Positions 1 to 12,242 are shown, counted from the first letter of the stretch. The stretch: 64,000 nt of DNA from Octopus sinensis (GCF_006345805.1 NW_021829600.1:1-64000); one strand, 5' to 3'. Numbers and translations: made by a program. Notes: generated by a model from the letters alone, not told the origin.

Positions 1-105
1 CTTTGCGCAAGTATCTTCTGCTGTAGCTTCGGGCTGACCAAACCAGTGAGTGGATTTGAAAGACGGAAACTGAAAGAAGCCCGTCATATGTGTGTGTGTG
101 CTGTG

Positions 106-172
<67 letters not shown>

Positions 173-365
173 AGTGTCTGTGTTTGTACCCTCTCCATCG
201 CTTGACAATCGATGTCGGTGTGTTTACGTCCCCGTTACTTAGCAGTTCGGCAAAAGAAACCGATAGAATAAGTACTAGGCTTACAAAGAATAAGTCCTGG
301 GGGTCGATTTGTTCGACTAAAAGCGATGCTCCAGCATGGCCGCAGACAAATGACTGAAGCAAGTA
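1..365 (+). mobile_element. SINE family A (tRNA-derived, CORE-like, internal (TG)n), cut by the window edge
   Basis: Matches the full copy at 9111-9618: GACGGAAACTGAAAGAAGCCCGTC, (TG)n, then the 3' part ending GCATGGCCGCAG..AATGACTGAA. Confidence 0.85.
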
Positions 366-710
366 GAAGAAATAATATATTAGTCAGAGTAATACGAATG
401 CTAAGGGCCTAAGAGTGTTTTTTTTTTTTTTGTATGCGTATACACGTATATTTGTTGCAGAGGGAGAGAGGAGGAACTTTTATGAGCACATGTGAATCTA
501 TATGAGCGTGTATGCGTGCGAGCTTTGTACAAGAGTGTAAATGTTTGTGTGATTATGTGCGTGTGTATGATTACTGCAGCCAGAGAGACCAACAAACTGT
601 GAAACGAACACACAGACAGGAATCTTCGTTATATTTATATTTATTACATCATTCGCTGATGTAAGATGTACGTACTATGTGTGTGTCTGCTCATGTATGT
701 TTATATACAG

Positions 711-729
<19 letters not shown>

Positions 730-748
<19 letters not shown>

Positions 749-960
749 CGTGTATGTTTGTGTGTCTGTGTTTGTCCCCCTAGCATTGCTTGACAACCGA
801 TGCTGGTGTGTTTATGTCCCCGTAACTTAGCGGTTCGGCAAAAGAGACCGATAGAATAAGTACTAGGCTTACAAAGAATAAGTCCCGGGATCGATTTGCT
901 CGACTAAAGGCGGTGCTCCAGCATGGCCACAGTCAACTGACTGAAACAAGTAAAGGGGTA
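730..960 (+). mobile_element. SINE family A, 3' half
   Basis: (TG)n followed by GCTTGACAACCGATGCTGG...GCATGGCCACAGTCAACTGACTGAAACAAGTAAA, as in other family A copies. Confidence 0.85.
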
Positions 961-1007
961 AAAGAGTACAGAGTATATATATATATATACATATATATAA
1001 TCGTTTA

Positions 1008-1326
1008 TCTTTACTTCTTTCAGTCATTAGACTGCGGTCATGCTGGAGCACAGCCTTGAAGAGGTTTTAGTCAAAGGAATTGATCCCGCTACTTAATTAT
1101 TTTGCTACGCCTGGTACTTATTTTATCGGTCTCTTTTGCCCTGCCGCAAAGTTACGGAGGCGTAACCAACACCGGTTGTCAAGTGGTAGTGGGGGAACAA
1201 ACACAGGCACAAAAAATACGCGCGCGCACGCACGTACACACACATATATATGTATGGTGTGTGTATATATATGTGTGGTGTGTGTGTGTGTGTGTATAGG
1301 TGTGTGTGGTGTGTGTGTGTGTATAT

Positions 1327-1375
<49 letters not shown>

Positions 1376-1553
1376 TGTACATATAAATATATATATATAC
1401 ACAACGGCCTTCTTCCTGCTTCTGTCTCCCAAATCCACTCACAAGGCTTTGACCGGCTCGAAGCTATAGTAGAAGACACTTGCCCAAGGTGTCACGCAGT
1501 GGGACTGGACCCAGAACCATGTAGTTTGGAAGCAAGCTTCTTACGACACAGCC
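1008..1553 (-). mobile_element. SINE family A, near full length
   Basis: Reverse complement of the family A consensus from the tail (TTTCAGTCATT) to the tRNA-like head (CTTACGACACAGCC), with an internal CA/TA microsatellite. Confidence 0.85.
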
Positions 1554-1582
1554 ATATATATATATATATATATATACAAATT

Positions 1583-1853
1583 GAATAAGGGTAGAAATTG
1601 ATATTAATTAAACCCAGTGGCCTAGCATATTAAAGAAATCCGAAGATTAAAATATTTTTACATACAAAATTTAAAGGACTGACCACTAAAAGTTGACGGT
1701 CAATATGCTAGATATAAACGTCAAAATCGCCATTTTCCACGAAGAATGTGTTCCCAAGTACTTGAGAACACATTCTTCGTGGAAAATAGCGATTTTGACG
1801 TCTATATCTAGCATATTGACCGTCCACTTTTAGTGGTCAGTCCTTTAAATTTT
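1583..1853. mobile_element. Foldback/MITE-like element: ~80-bp leader plus 188-bp spacerless palindrome
   Basis: 1666-1759 is the reverse complement of 1760-1853 (centre CAAGT|ACTTG, about 4 mismatches). Flanked by (TA)n. Related to 61969-62302. Confidence 0.75.
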
Positions 1854-2296
1854 ATATATATATATATACATATATATGCATGTATGTAGGTATATATGTT
1901 TGCATGTGTACACATGCCTGTATGAATGTATGTTTGTTTGTCAATGTGTGTATGTATATGTATTTAATTCTGCGTATTATAGATATATACAATTTAAGCA
2001 AGAACGCCAACATGGTCTTAGCAGTTATAGTAAAACCAAATTAAAAATTACTTATATGCATGCATGCATGCATGGATAGGTGGGTTTCCATCTATTTCGA
2101 CGATGAGGAGCGAGTAGCGAGATCAAATGAATCACATGTTTATCAAATTAACGTGTAAGTGCCTGAACGTTCCAAGATGCGTGAACCCATAACGTAATTC
2201 AGAGGCAGAATCGTTAAGTTGGTTTTGAAACCACGAGATCTCTATTTCGATCTCCCGGCGTGGAATCATAATTGTTCCCTTTTATTTATTTCTTTA

Positions 2297-2520
2297 TTAC
2301 CCACAAGGGGCTAAACACAGAGGGAACAAACAAGGACAGACAAACGGATTAAGTCGATTACATCGACCCCAGTGCGTAACTGGTACTTAATTTTATCGAC
2401 CCCGAAAGGATGAAAGACAAAGTCGACCTCGGCGAAATTTGAACTCAGAACGTAATGGCAGACGAAATACGGCTATGCATTTCGCTCGGCGTGCTAACAA
2501 TTCTGCCAGCTCGCCGCCTT
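2297..2520 (-). mobile_element. SINE family B (tRNA-like head with A/B boxes, Meta-domain-like body)
   Basis: Reverse complement of GGCGGCGAGCTGGCAG...GAGTTCAAATTCCGCCGAGGTCGACTTTGCCTTTCATCCTTTCGGGGTCGAT...GTAAAGAAATA. Confidence 0.85.
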
Positions 2521-2550
2521 GTTCCCTTTTATTATTAGAAACAATTACAA

Positions 2551-3110
2551 AGCGGCGAGCTGGCAGAGACGTTAGCACGCTGGGCGAAATTTTTAGCAAC
2601 ATTTCGTCTGCCGCTACGTTCTGAGTTCAAATTCCGCCGAGATCGACTTTACCTTTCATCCTTTCGGAGTCGATTAAATAAGTACCAGTTACGCACTTGG
2701 GTAGATATAATCGACTTAATCCGTTTGTCTGTCCTTGTTTGTCTCCTCTGTGTTTAACCCCTTGTGGGTAGTAAAGAAATAGGTATTTCGTCTGCCGCTA
2801 CGTTCTGAGTTCAAATTCCGCCGAGGTCGACTTTGCCTTTCATCCTTTCGGAGTCGATTAAATAAGTACCAGTTACGCACTTGGGTAGATATAATCGATT
2901 TAATCCCTTTGTCTGTTCTTGTTTCTCTCCTCTGTGTTTAGCCCCCTGTGGGTAGTAAAGAAATAGGTATTTCTTTCGTCCTCATGTTCTGAGTTGAAAT
3001 GCCACCGAGGTCGACTTTGCCTTTTATCCTGTTGGAGCTCGATTATAAGTACCAGACAAGTACTGAGATCGATGAAATAAGTAATACTCAAATACTGAGG
3101 TGGATGACTT
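2551..3110 (+). mobile_element. SINE family B head-to-tail multimer (one head, three bodies)
   Basis: Junction AAAGAAATA|GGTATTTC at 2781/2782 and 2965/2966, period about 184 bp. Confidence 0.85.
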
Positions 3111-3175
3111 CTGCCGCCGCCGCAAAAACTACTGGCCCGGTGCCAAAATTCGAGACCGTTATATGAAACAATAAA

Positions 3176-3587
3176 AAGATGGCGAGCTTGCAGAATCGTT
3201 AGCACGTCGGGCAAAATGTTTGCGGTAATTAGTCCGTCTGCACGTTCTGAGATCGAATTCCGCCAAGATCGATTATGCCTTTCCTTTCGGGGTCGACGAA
3301 ACCGATTTCTCCCCTCCCCACAAATTTCAGGTCTTTTGCCTTTAGTAGAAAGGATTATCATCATTATTAGATTAACGCAGTGAGTGGGCAAAATTGTTAG
3401 CATGCCGGGCCAAATGCTTAGCGGCATTTAGTCCGTCTGCACGTTCTGAGTTCAAATTCCGCCGAGGTCGACTTTACATTTCATTCTTTCGGGTATCGAT
3501 AAATTAAGTACCAGTTACGCACTGGGTCGATGAAATCGACTAGTCCCCTCCCTACAAATTTCAGGTTTTGTGCCTTTAGTAGAAAGG

Positions 3588-3590
<3 letters not shown>
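3176..3590 (+). mobile_element. Two SINE family B variants ending in AGTAGAAAGG(ATT)n
   Basis: Family B head and body with an alternative 3' end TTTGTGCCTTTAGTAGAAAGGATTATT. Confidence 0.75.
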
Positions 3591-3634
<44 letters not shown>

Positions 3635-3642
3635 TACTACTA

Positions 3643-3680
<38 letters not shown>

Positions 3681-3744
3681 TTATAGTTGTTATTATTATT
3701 ATTATTATATTATTATTATTATTATTATTATTGTTGTTGTTGTT
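3588..3744. repeat. Compound (ATT)n/(ACT)n/(GTT)n microsatellite
   Basis: Read directly from the sequence. Confidence 0.95.
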
Positions 3745-4177
3745 GAGTGAGAGAGCAGTGAATGCCATCAAAGTGACACTGGGGTAAAATATACGAAGCC
3801 CAGTATACCCATCATGACTACCAGTCTGATAAGAGTACACTCGGCACATCTATCACAACCATATGTGCGCGACATGGTGATCTCATATCAAGATAAACAG
3901 CACATGACCTTGCAGGTGGGGCCCAGTTAGAATTTTCTTCTGGTCGAGTAACCCATCCTGCTCAAAAGGTCCCTGAATAAGAGTTGTTTAAGGATGTTGA
4001 ACGAAACGCCCATGTTTCCAGAGGTGAATTATTCAAACCCCAAAGAATCCCTCTCAACACATGGCTATGATGCTCCCCCACTATTTCTGCTCGTGATCAG
4101 AGATGCACATATCGTCAGCCACTGGTTAAGGTCAAACAACAGTCAAGCAAATCTGTGGTACTGCATCAGTGCATTTT

Positions 4178-4178
<1 letters not shown>
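3745..4178 (-). mobile_element. Repeat family C, probable 3' region of a (TAA)n-associated non-LTR retroelement
   Basis: Reverse complement of 12757-13314 with internal deletions. Both flanks are (TTA)n-type arrays in the same relative orientation as the other copy. Confidence 0.65.
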
Positions 4179-4208
<30 letters not shown>

Positions 4209-4669
4209 GAAGCATCAAACTGTCGAGGGAAAACTTTTTGTGGTATTTATTCTGGCACTTTATGTTCTGACTTTAAGTCATGCCGAGATGAATTCTTCAT
4301 CCTTCCAGGATCAGTAAAATAAAGTACCAGTCATGTACAAGTACAGGAATCGACTAAACTTTTCCCCTCGAATTTGCGTGCCTTGTGCCAAAATTAAAAA
4401 CCAGGGATGCTCACACTCTAAATTAAACAAATATTGATTTCAAATTTCGACCCAAATCTTGAAATTTGGGGATGGGATAACTTGATAACATCGATCCAAT
4501 GCTTAACTGGTAATTATTTTATCGACCCAAAAAGATGTATAGCAAAGTTGACTTCGGCAGAATTTGAACTCAGAACGTAAAGACGATCGAAATGCCGCTA
4601 AGCATTTTGCCTGACGTGCTCACGATTCTGCCAGTTTGCCTAAATTTACAGAGGTACTTGTACATTAGT

Positions 4670-4904
4670 GAAGGTACGTGGTCTAGTGATTAGGCTGTTG
4701 CACTCACGATCGCCAAATCGTGGGTTCGATTCCCTGACTGGGCGGCGCGTTGTGTTCTTGAGCAAACACGCCATTTCACATTGCTCCAGCCCCCACTTCG
4801 ATCAACAGGATTACGATATTTGAAGGCTGCAACAATACAAAAGCGCATTGTGACCAGCTATGTGTAACATCTGATAGCCTGGTCAGTCACGTGATCGCGT
4901 GGCC
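4670..4904 (+). mobile_element. SINE family E (tRNA-like head) with 11-bp TSD
   Basis: GAAGGTACGTGGTCTAGTG...GGTTCGATTCCC head. TGTACATTAGT duplicated at 4659-4669 and 4905-4915. 3' part recurs at ~52445-52548 and ~59865-59975. Confidence 0.8.
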
Positions 4905-5192
4905 TGTACATTAGTAGAAATTATACAAATTTATCCATGCTTTACTGTGCATGAGACTAGTCTATGCAAGATACCAGTAAATCGGTTTGGCAGTCACAGG
5001 AATTTGAAATTCCTGTTCGTAAATTATAAGAGGTTACAAACCATCGAGGTCCGGAAATGCTTTATTAGTTCATTTCGTTCTTCTCGATTCCAAATTCAAA
5101 CCCAGCCAGGACCATTAAAATGAAATATCAGTGCCTTACTGATGACAATCCAATAGACTAGAATCTGTTCTTTGAACAATTAACATCAATAT

Positions 5193-5426
5193 ATATTTCT
5201 TTATTGCCCACAAGGGGCTAAACATAGAGAGGACAAACAAGGACAGACAAAGGGATTAAGTCGATTACATCGACCCCAGTGCGAAACTGGTACTTTTATT
5301 TATCGACCCCGAAAGGATGAAAGGCAAAGTCGACCTCGGCGGAATTTGAACTCACAACGTAACGACAGACGAAATACCGCTAAGCATTCCTCCCGGCGCG
5401 CTAACGTGTCTGCCAGCTCGCCGCAG
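5193..5426 (-). mobile_element. SINE family B, full length
   Basis: Complete reverse-complement copy from tail TTTCTTTATTGCCC to head GCTCGCCGC. Confidence 0.85.
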
Positions 5427-5738
5427 GAGGCGGTCGATATAATTAACTACCCACTCCCAATTTGTGACAGTGAGCCTAGATATGAACCTAATATTAAGTC
5501 TCAGAACAATGGCTTGGCCGAGTCGTTTGAGCAGCGGACAAAATGCCTCGTGGTATTTAGGTACGTCCTTTTGCGTAATGGGTTCCCTCCCTGAGGTCGA
5601 CGTTTTTCTTTCGTCATTCTGGAGTGAATAAAATAATTACCAGTACTGAGGTTAATATAATCGATTATATAATCGATTATACCTTTCCCTCTCCACCGCA
5701 AATATGTAGCCTTGTGCTTATGTTACAAATCAATGTTA

Positions 5739-7000
5739 CGAGGGGCGTTCAATAAGTAATGCCCCTGACCCACTTCTCATAGCAGTAGAGCAACGAAACT
5801 TGGCACAGTTATTAGTCTTTTCCTACATAGGAACCACCCAGAGTTAGGCATTTCTCCCATCGTTTGATACAGCTCTGGAGACCGTTTTTGTAGAAGACCC
5901 CAGCTTGGTCCTCCAACCACGACATGACTTCAGAAATCAAGGCTGCATCATCTGGGAAACGCTTTCCTTTCAAAATCAACTTCATGGCTGGGAAGAGGTG
6001 AAAATCAGAGGGTGCAAGGGGAGGAGTTCATAGCTCCACGCCTGTGCTTCTGATCTGGCGACACGCGAGTTGTGGACCGGAGCGTTGTCCTGCAGGAGGA
6101 GGATGCCTTTGCTGATCTTGCCCCGCCTCTTGATTTTGATAGCTTCTCTTAATTTCCTCAAAAGTGAAGCATAATAGGCTCCTGTAATTGTGGTACCCTT
6201 TGCCAGGAAATCTGTCATCACTACTCCGTCCTGGTCCCAGAAGACTGTGAGCATAACCTTGTCAGCGGAGGGCTGCACACTTGCCTTCTTTGGAGGAGGT
6301 GAGTCACGGTGCTTCCACTGCATTGACTGGGCTTTGGTCTCTGGATCATAGTGATGGACCCAGTTTTCATCCTGTGTAATCAGTCTTTTGAAAAATTTTG
6401 ACTCATCTTCTTGGCACATCTCCAAATTCATCCTCGAGCACTCAACGCGTTCTTGCTTCTGGAAAGGTGTGAGCAACCTGGAAATCCATCTGGCAGACAC
6501 CTTTTGCATATGCAAATGGTCATGAATGATAGTTTCCACAGACCCGGTACCAATCTTGACCTTATGGGCTATTTGGCGAATAGTTATGCGTCGATCTTCC
6601 AAAATGGCAGCCTCAACTTGACGGACAGATGCCTCATCAATGGCAGAAGGGGGGTGACCAGATCTGGGAGCTGTTTCCACAGAGTTCCGACTATGTCTGA
6701 ATTCACAATGCCAGCGTTTTACAAGGTCATATGATGGGGCATCATCACCATAAGTTACTTTCATTTCATCAAAAGTCTCCCGTGGTGTGCGTCCTTTCAA
6801 ATACAAAAACCAGATCACTGCTCGACACTCAACAGGCTCCATTTCACACTTGACTCAGTTCAAACATCTGTAAATCAGAAATCACATTTAGTTCATTCGC
6901 TACTTAATCTATAGAGGTATAAATAAGTGCACATGCAAAATTTCAGCTAGATCAAACAAATGCAAGTGGGTCAGGGGCATTACTTATTGAATGCCTCTCG
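5739..7000 (-). mobile_element. Mariner DNA transposon, copy 1
   Basis: ~37-bp TIRs (CGAGGGGCGTTCAATAAGTAATGCCCCTGACCCACTT, 2 mismatches), TA duplication at 5737-5738 and 7001-7002, 1262 bp, internal transposase ORF. Confidence 0.95.
5982..6842 (-). pseudogene. Mariner transposase, C-terminally frameshifted
   Basis: 286-aa ORF with HTH region, ITQDENWVHHYD and LLLQDNAPVH. The YSPDLAPSD motif is lost by a ~20-bp deletion. Confidence 0.92.
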
Positions 7001-8344
7001 TACATAGAAGCTCGAAGGCGGTGAGCTGGCAGAACCGTTAAGCACGCCGGGCAAAATGCGGCATTCCGTCCGTCTGTACATATTAGGTCAAATTCCACCG
7101 AGGTCGACTTTACCTGTCATCCTTTCGAGGTCAATAAAATAAGTTAAGCACTGGGGTCAATATTAAATACAAGTTGAAAAATTCCGGATGATAGATGACT
7201 TATTCAACGACGCAGGTTCGATATGTTTGTGAAGTCTTCTCACATGTTTCACTAAATTCCTTTTAATAAGATGTAAACGTTACACTTTATTCGATATACA
7301 TAGCTTAGTTGGACCCTTGACCCTTCGATAGGACTTGACAGGTGAAACATCTTAGAAACATTATAGGCCCCTGAGCGATCAAAGGACTCGACGCTATAGG
7401 GATCTTATTATATTTCCTCCAACTACTTGCGGATTATTATTTTTTTTCACTAGGTTTTTGTTTTAATTTTCAGAAAAAAGTAGATACGATTTTTGTCATC
7501 AGCATGCAAAAGTACATGTTTTGAAAAAAAAAATCTGATGAAAATTTGAAAAACTTCAAGCGGTTGAAAAAATGTTACTAGATCCCCATGTAGTATTTAT
7601 TATCTGACAGTAAGCAGCGGCATACATAGATCAGAGCTGGGCTCCTACACCCGTGAGGCTCCTGGGCGACTACCCAGTATACCCATGCCCAAAGATGGCG
7701 CTGCCTTGCAGTCTAGAAGGAGGAAGGGAATTTATCCTTGCGTCTTAGACCTGGCCCAAATACTTAAAACAAACACCACAGAAAGTCACTCAAGGGTCAT
7801 GTGGTAGTTTTAAAATAGGAAAACGAATTAAGTATGACTACTAAGAACAGAAACGAACCCGTTGATAAGCATCTACGCACTTTCCTAATACGAAATCTCA
7901 CTCACAAGACTTTGGTCGGCATGAGATTCTGGGTAAATGCTACTTGCCTAAACTAAAGTGTCGCACAGGCTAGTCAAAACTAAAACCATGTGTGAAGCGA
8001 ACCTCTTAACCATAGATCCACGCCTGCACCCATATGGTGATGATAAGATATAATATACCGTACCAATTCTTGACATTTGATCCCCTGGCTGCTAACCAAA
8101 AATATTTATCCCACGTGATATTTTATGATTTATTTTTTATCTTGGAATCTATTTACTAGTTCAATGGCACAAAGAAACGTAAATAATTTGACTTTTCAAC
8201 ATAAGGTCAAAGTTTAAATGATATATTTTGACATTCTAACGCCCTACTCTGACCATTTCCTTCGCTCCCGTCTTAAAGGAGAAAAAAACAAAAAAGAAAA
8301 GAAATAGAGGGATTTTTTTTCTTTCTGCTATAGGCACATCCAAA

Positions 8345-8900
8345 GCTGAGTAGTAAGTTTGATTTTCCAACCACGTGGTTCGAGTTCAGTCCCACTGAAT
8401 AGCAACTGTCTTCTACTATATCCTCGTGCTAACCAAAGCCTTGTGAACGGATCTGGTAGACAGAAACTGAAAGTCACTAAGGCGGCGAGCTGGCAGAAAC
8501 GTTAGCACGCCAGGCGAAATGCTTTGCCTTTCATCCTTTCGGGGTCGATTAAATAAGTTACGCACTGGGGTCGATATAATCGACTTAATCCGTTTGTCTG
8601 TCCTTGTTTGTCCCCTCTGTGTTTAGCCCCTGGTGGGCAGTAAAGAAATAAGAAACTGAAAGTAAGTCAGTCATGTGTGTGTGTTCGTTCCCACCACCAC
8701 CGCTTGACAACCAGTGCTGGTTTGTGCAAGCCTCCGTCCGTACCATACAGGTTCAGCGAAACAGACAGATATTATAAATGCCAAACTATAAAAAAATAAA
8801 GTACTAGGGTCGATTTGTTTGACAAAACCCTCTAAGGCGGGGCCCCAGCGTAACCGCAGTCCAGTGATTGAAATAAGTGGAACAACCTAATACAAATCTG
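8345..8900 (+). mobile_element. Degraded SINE family A interrupted by a SINE family B copy (~8479-8650)
   Basis: AGAAACTGAAAGT of family A is duplicated on both sides of the family B insert (8462-8474, 8651-8663). Confidence 0.75.
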
Positions 8901-9110
8901 ACAAACGCAATACACTTACATTCAAATAGACAACACAAACTCTCTTAGATATACATAGAATCACAATATACCACTCAGACGACTAGAATTAACGTCACTT
9001 GTCTTCATATTAAGGTACTCAGCTTCAACAACGGTTACGCCATACATAGTGTACAGTGCTGCTAAAAGGGAAAAAATAACTGATATATCAAAGCATAAAC
9101 ATACCATATA

Positions 9111-9307
9111 GCAGGAGTGGCTGTGTGGTAAGTAGCTTGTTTACCAGCCACACGGTTCCGGGTTCAGTCCCACTGCGTGGCACCTTGGGCAAGTGTCTTC
9201 TACTATAGCCTCGGGCCGACCAAAGCCTTGTGAGTGGATTTGGTAGACGGAAACTGAACGAAGCCCGTCGTATATATGTATATATATATACATATGTATA
9301 TATATAC

Positions 9308-9369
<62 letters not shown>

Positions 9370-9618
9370 TGTATATATATTATATATATATATATATATG
9401 CGTGTGTGTGTTTGTGTGTCTGTGTTTGTCCTCCTAGCATTGCTTGACAACCGATGCTGGTGTGTTTATGTCCCCGTTACTTAGCGGTTCGGCAAAAGAG
9501 ACCGATAGAATAAGTACTGGGCTTACAAAAGAATAAGTCCCGGGGTCGAGTTGCACGATTAAAGACGGTGCTCCAGCATGGCCGCAGTCAAATGACTGAA
9601 ACAAGTAAAAAAGAAAGA
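9111..9618 (+). mobile_element. SINE family A, full-length reference copy
   Basis: GCAGGAGTGGCTGTGTGGTAAG (A-box-like), GGGTTCAGTCCC (B-box-like), CORE-like ACCTTGGGCAAGTG, internal (TA)n/(TG)n, 3' tail. Confidence 0.9.
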
Positions 9619-10835
9619 GATATACAAAGTAGGCTATCCCTGCTGCAGAAACCAATGTTCACCATGTAACAACAAAAACAAGCTGAAATTTACTGAAATG
9701 CAGAATTAATGAGCTACAAAACACTTTCAAAACATAAATGAAGCTCCTAACACTGAATCATCAAATTGTAAACAATATCCTAGTTAAGCAGGACAAGCCA
9801 AATTACGGTGGAGGCCTCATTGAATTATATAGATCAGGGCTTAAATAGTTCTACAAACGATGCTAACAAACAGGGCCCTATAAGGTGCAAGCATGCAAAA
9901 TAAATTAACACACTGATAATAATGGTTTCAAATTTTGACACAAGACCGACAATTTCAAGTGAGGGGCTAGTCGATTACATTGCCCCCCCCCCCCAGGTAT
10001 TTGACAGGTATTTTATTGACAGGTATTGACAGGTATTTTATTTTATCGAACTCCGAAGGGATGAAAGACAAAGTTGACCTTGACCGGGAATTGAACTCAG
10101 AACGTAAAGCAGAAGAAATGCCGCTAAGCATTTCGTCGGCGTGCTTAACGATTCTACTATACCAACCAGAAAAGTTAGAATAAACACTGTATCGAAGAGT
10201 CAGCAATTTTACCAAATTTAACAACTGCATCACATTATGTTACAGTTATATGTCCGTTCTTCAATAGCAAGCCTAATACTTTAAGAAGAAAATTATCCTA
10301 AAATTAGTAACAAAGTAGACAGTTATATAAAATACAAAATACGAACGTTCCTTCAAGATCACTAATTCAAAACGTAGATGGTAGTGCCCTTTGGGCTATG
10401 TTGCCAACTGACAAAGAGAGGTAAATGTCAAGCGGATGCTGTGGGGGGCACTGATTATTTAGAGGGGTCTTGATTAGAGGGGTCTCCATACACACGCAAG
10501 CATGTATCTGACTCATACACTGCTCACTTTCCAGACATTTGTACATTACTTCATGTTCTTTATACGCACTTTTGACAAGTTGTGGTGCACCTGAGCACTG
10601 TATACGATAATTTCATTATTATAGTAGTAAAATATTTCAACCAAATAAAATACTTCAAATATGATACAATATTTTAAACATATTTTTGAAAGCTTAATAA
10701 GGTTATGTTCAGTCATTAGACTTCAGCACACCAGTTTGCTTCTATTTATATTTGTAAGCAGGAACATGACTGATGACGCTCCGAAGTCTACATGTAGCTT
10801 TATTATGTAAGACTTTGTCTTCTTTAGGAATGATT

Positions 10836-10991
10836 CAGTGGCTGTGTGGTAAGTAGCTTGTTTACCAACCACATGGTTCCGGGTTCAGTCCCACTGAGTG
10901 GCACCTTGGGTAAATGTCTTCTACTATAGCCTCGGGCCGACCAAAGCCTTGTGAGTGGATTTGGTAGACGGAAACTGAAAGAAGCTCGTCG

Positions 10992-11043
<52 letters not shown>

Positions 11044-11125
11044 TGTGTGTGTGTTTGTCCCCCTAGCTTTGCTTGACAACCGATGCTGGTATGTTTATGT
11101 CCCCGTTACTTAGCGGTTCGGCAAA
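10836..11125 (+). mobile_element. SINE family A, 3'-truncated
   Basis: Head, CORE-like segment and (TG)n matching 9111-9618. Confidence 0.85.
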
Positions 11126-11984
11126 TGAACCACTAACCAATAACTTTGGAACAAATTTGTAAACTCTGCAGCCATCTCTGCGCCTTGTTGCACTCAGTGT
11201 TATGGTGAGTCTGCCTGAAGACTATAATAACGGTACGAGAGTGTAGAAAAATAAAATGTGATGTAGCAAATTTGATTCAAAGACCCAGCGTTATCGCATA
11301 TATTGTAATGCTTGTTCTATCTGAGGATCACAAAAAGTATACAGCTATCTGTGGATTATTCAGCCACGTATGCTAAACTACTTGCTTCTGTGATGGAGCT
11401 TCTATACAGCCACTCGTAATGTTAGTAATAGTAACCAAATTCACTCAAATCACACACTGGTTTCGAATTTTGACACAAAGTAAGCAATTTCAGGGTGGGG
11501 GGGAGATAAATCGATTACGTCGACCCCAGTACTTAACTGGTACTTATTTTATCGACTTCAAAACGATGAAAGGTAAAGTTGGTTTTGGTGGAAAAGGATG
11601 AAAGGCAAAGTTGATCTCGGCGGCATTTGAACCATGAACGTAAAGATGGACGAAGTACTGCTAAGTATTTTCCTCGGCGTTCTAACACTTCTGCCAACTC
11701 GCCGCTTCTCAAATCACATATTACCGTCATAAACTGGAAGAGCACACTGAACAATATAGCCCTGGCAATACCAAAAGGCGAAATAGACAGAGCTGAGACA
11801 TTTTTGACTAGGACTTTCCAAGAGATATTTTGCATGGTACAACAAGTCTGCTTGTCGCCTCCTTCCCTTTTTATAGGAGGTCGGGGCTATTCACTGTTGT
11901 ACCAATGTCGTAATCTTCAGGCTGATTCCCCATAACATTAACGATTCTGCCAGCTCACTGCCTTAATAATAATAATAATAATAA

Positions 11985-12166
11985 TATTTTTTTTAAATTT
12001 ATTTATTAGACATTCACTAGTACAACACCAAAAACAAAGAAGGAAAAAAAAACAAATATATGGCACACTAAGCATAACAACAACGTGAACTTCCAACCTG
12101 TTGTCTCTTGAGGTCTCTGGGTGAGACTTGGAGCCAACTTGTACAAACATAAAGCAAAAGTCAAAC

Positions 12167-12170
<4 letters not shown>
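11985..12170 (+). mobile_element. Repeat family D, short 3'-end fragment between (TAA)n arrays
   Basis: GACATTCACTAGTACAAC...GAGACTTGGAGCCAACTTGTACAAA..AAAGCAAAAGTC then (TAA)n. Second copy at ~12520-12680. Confidence 0.6.

Positions 12171-12242
<72 letters not shown>

Noticed and set aside
6411-6734. 107-aa plus-strand ORF conserved at 19002..19325
   Set aside because: Antisense shadow of the mariner transposase. Conservation follows from the near identity of the two copies.
7614-7710. Small MITE with GCAGCGGCAT/ATGGCGCTGC ends
   Set aside because: Only a 10-bp imperfect inverted repeat, a single copy and no clear TSD.
11171-11203. Possible 33-nt micro-exon (CAG|...ATG|GTGAGT)
   Set aside because: Splice-like signals alone are common by chance, with no recognisable peptide or partner exons. 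Needs RNA-seq.
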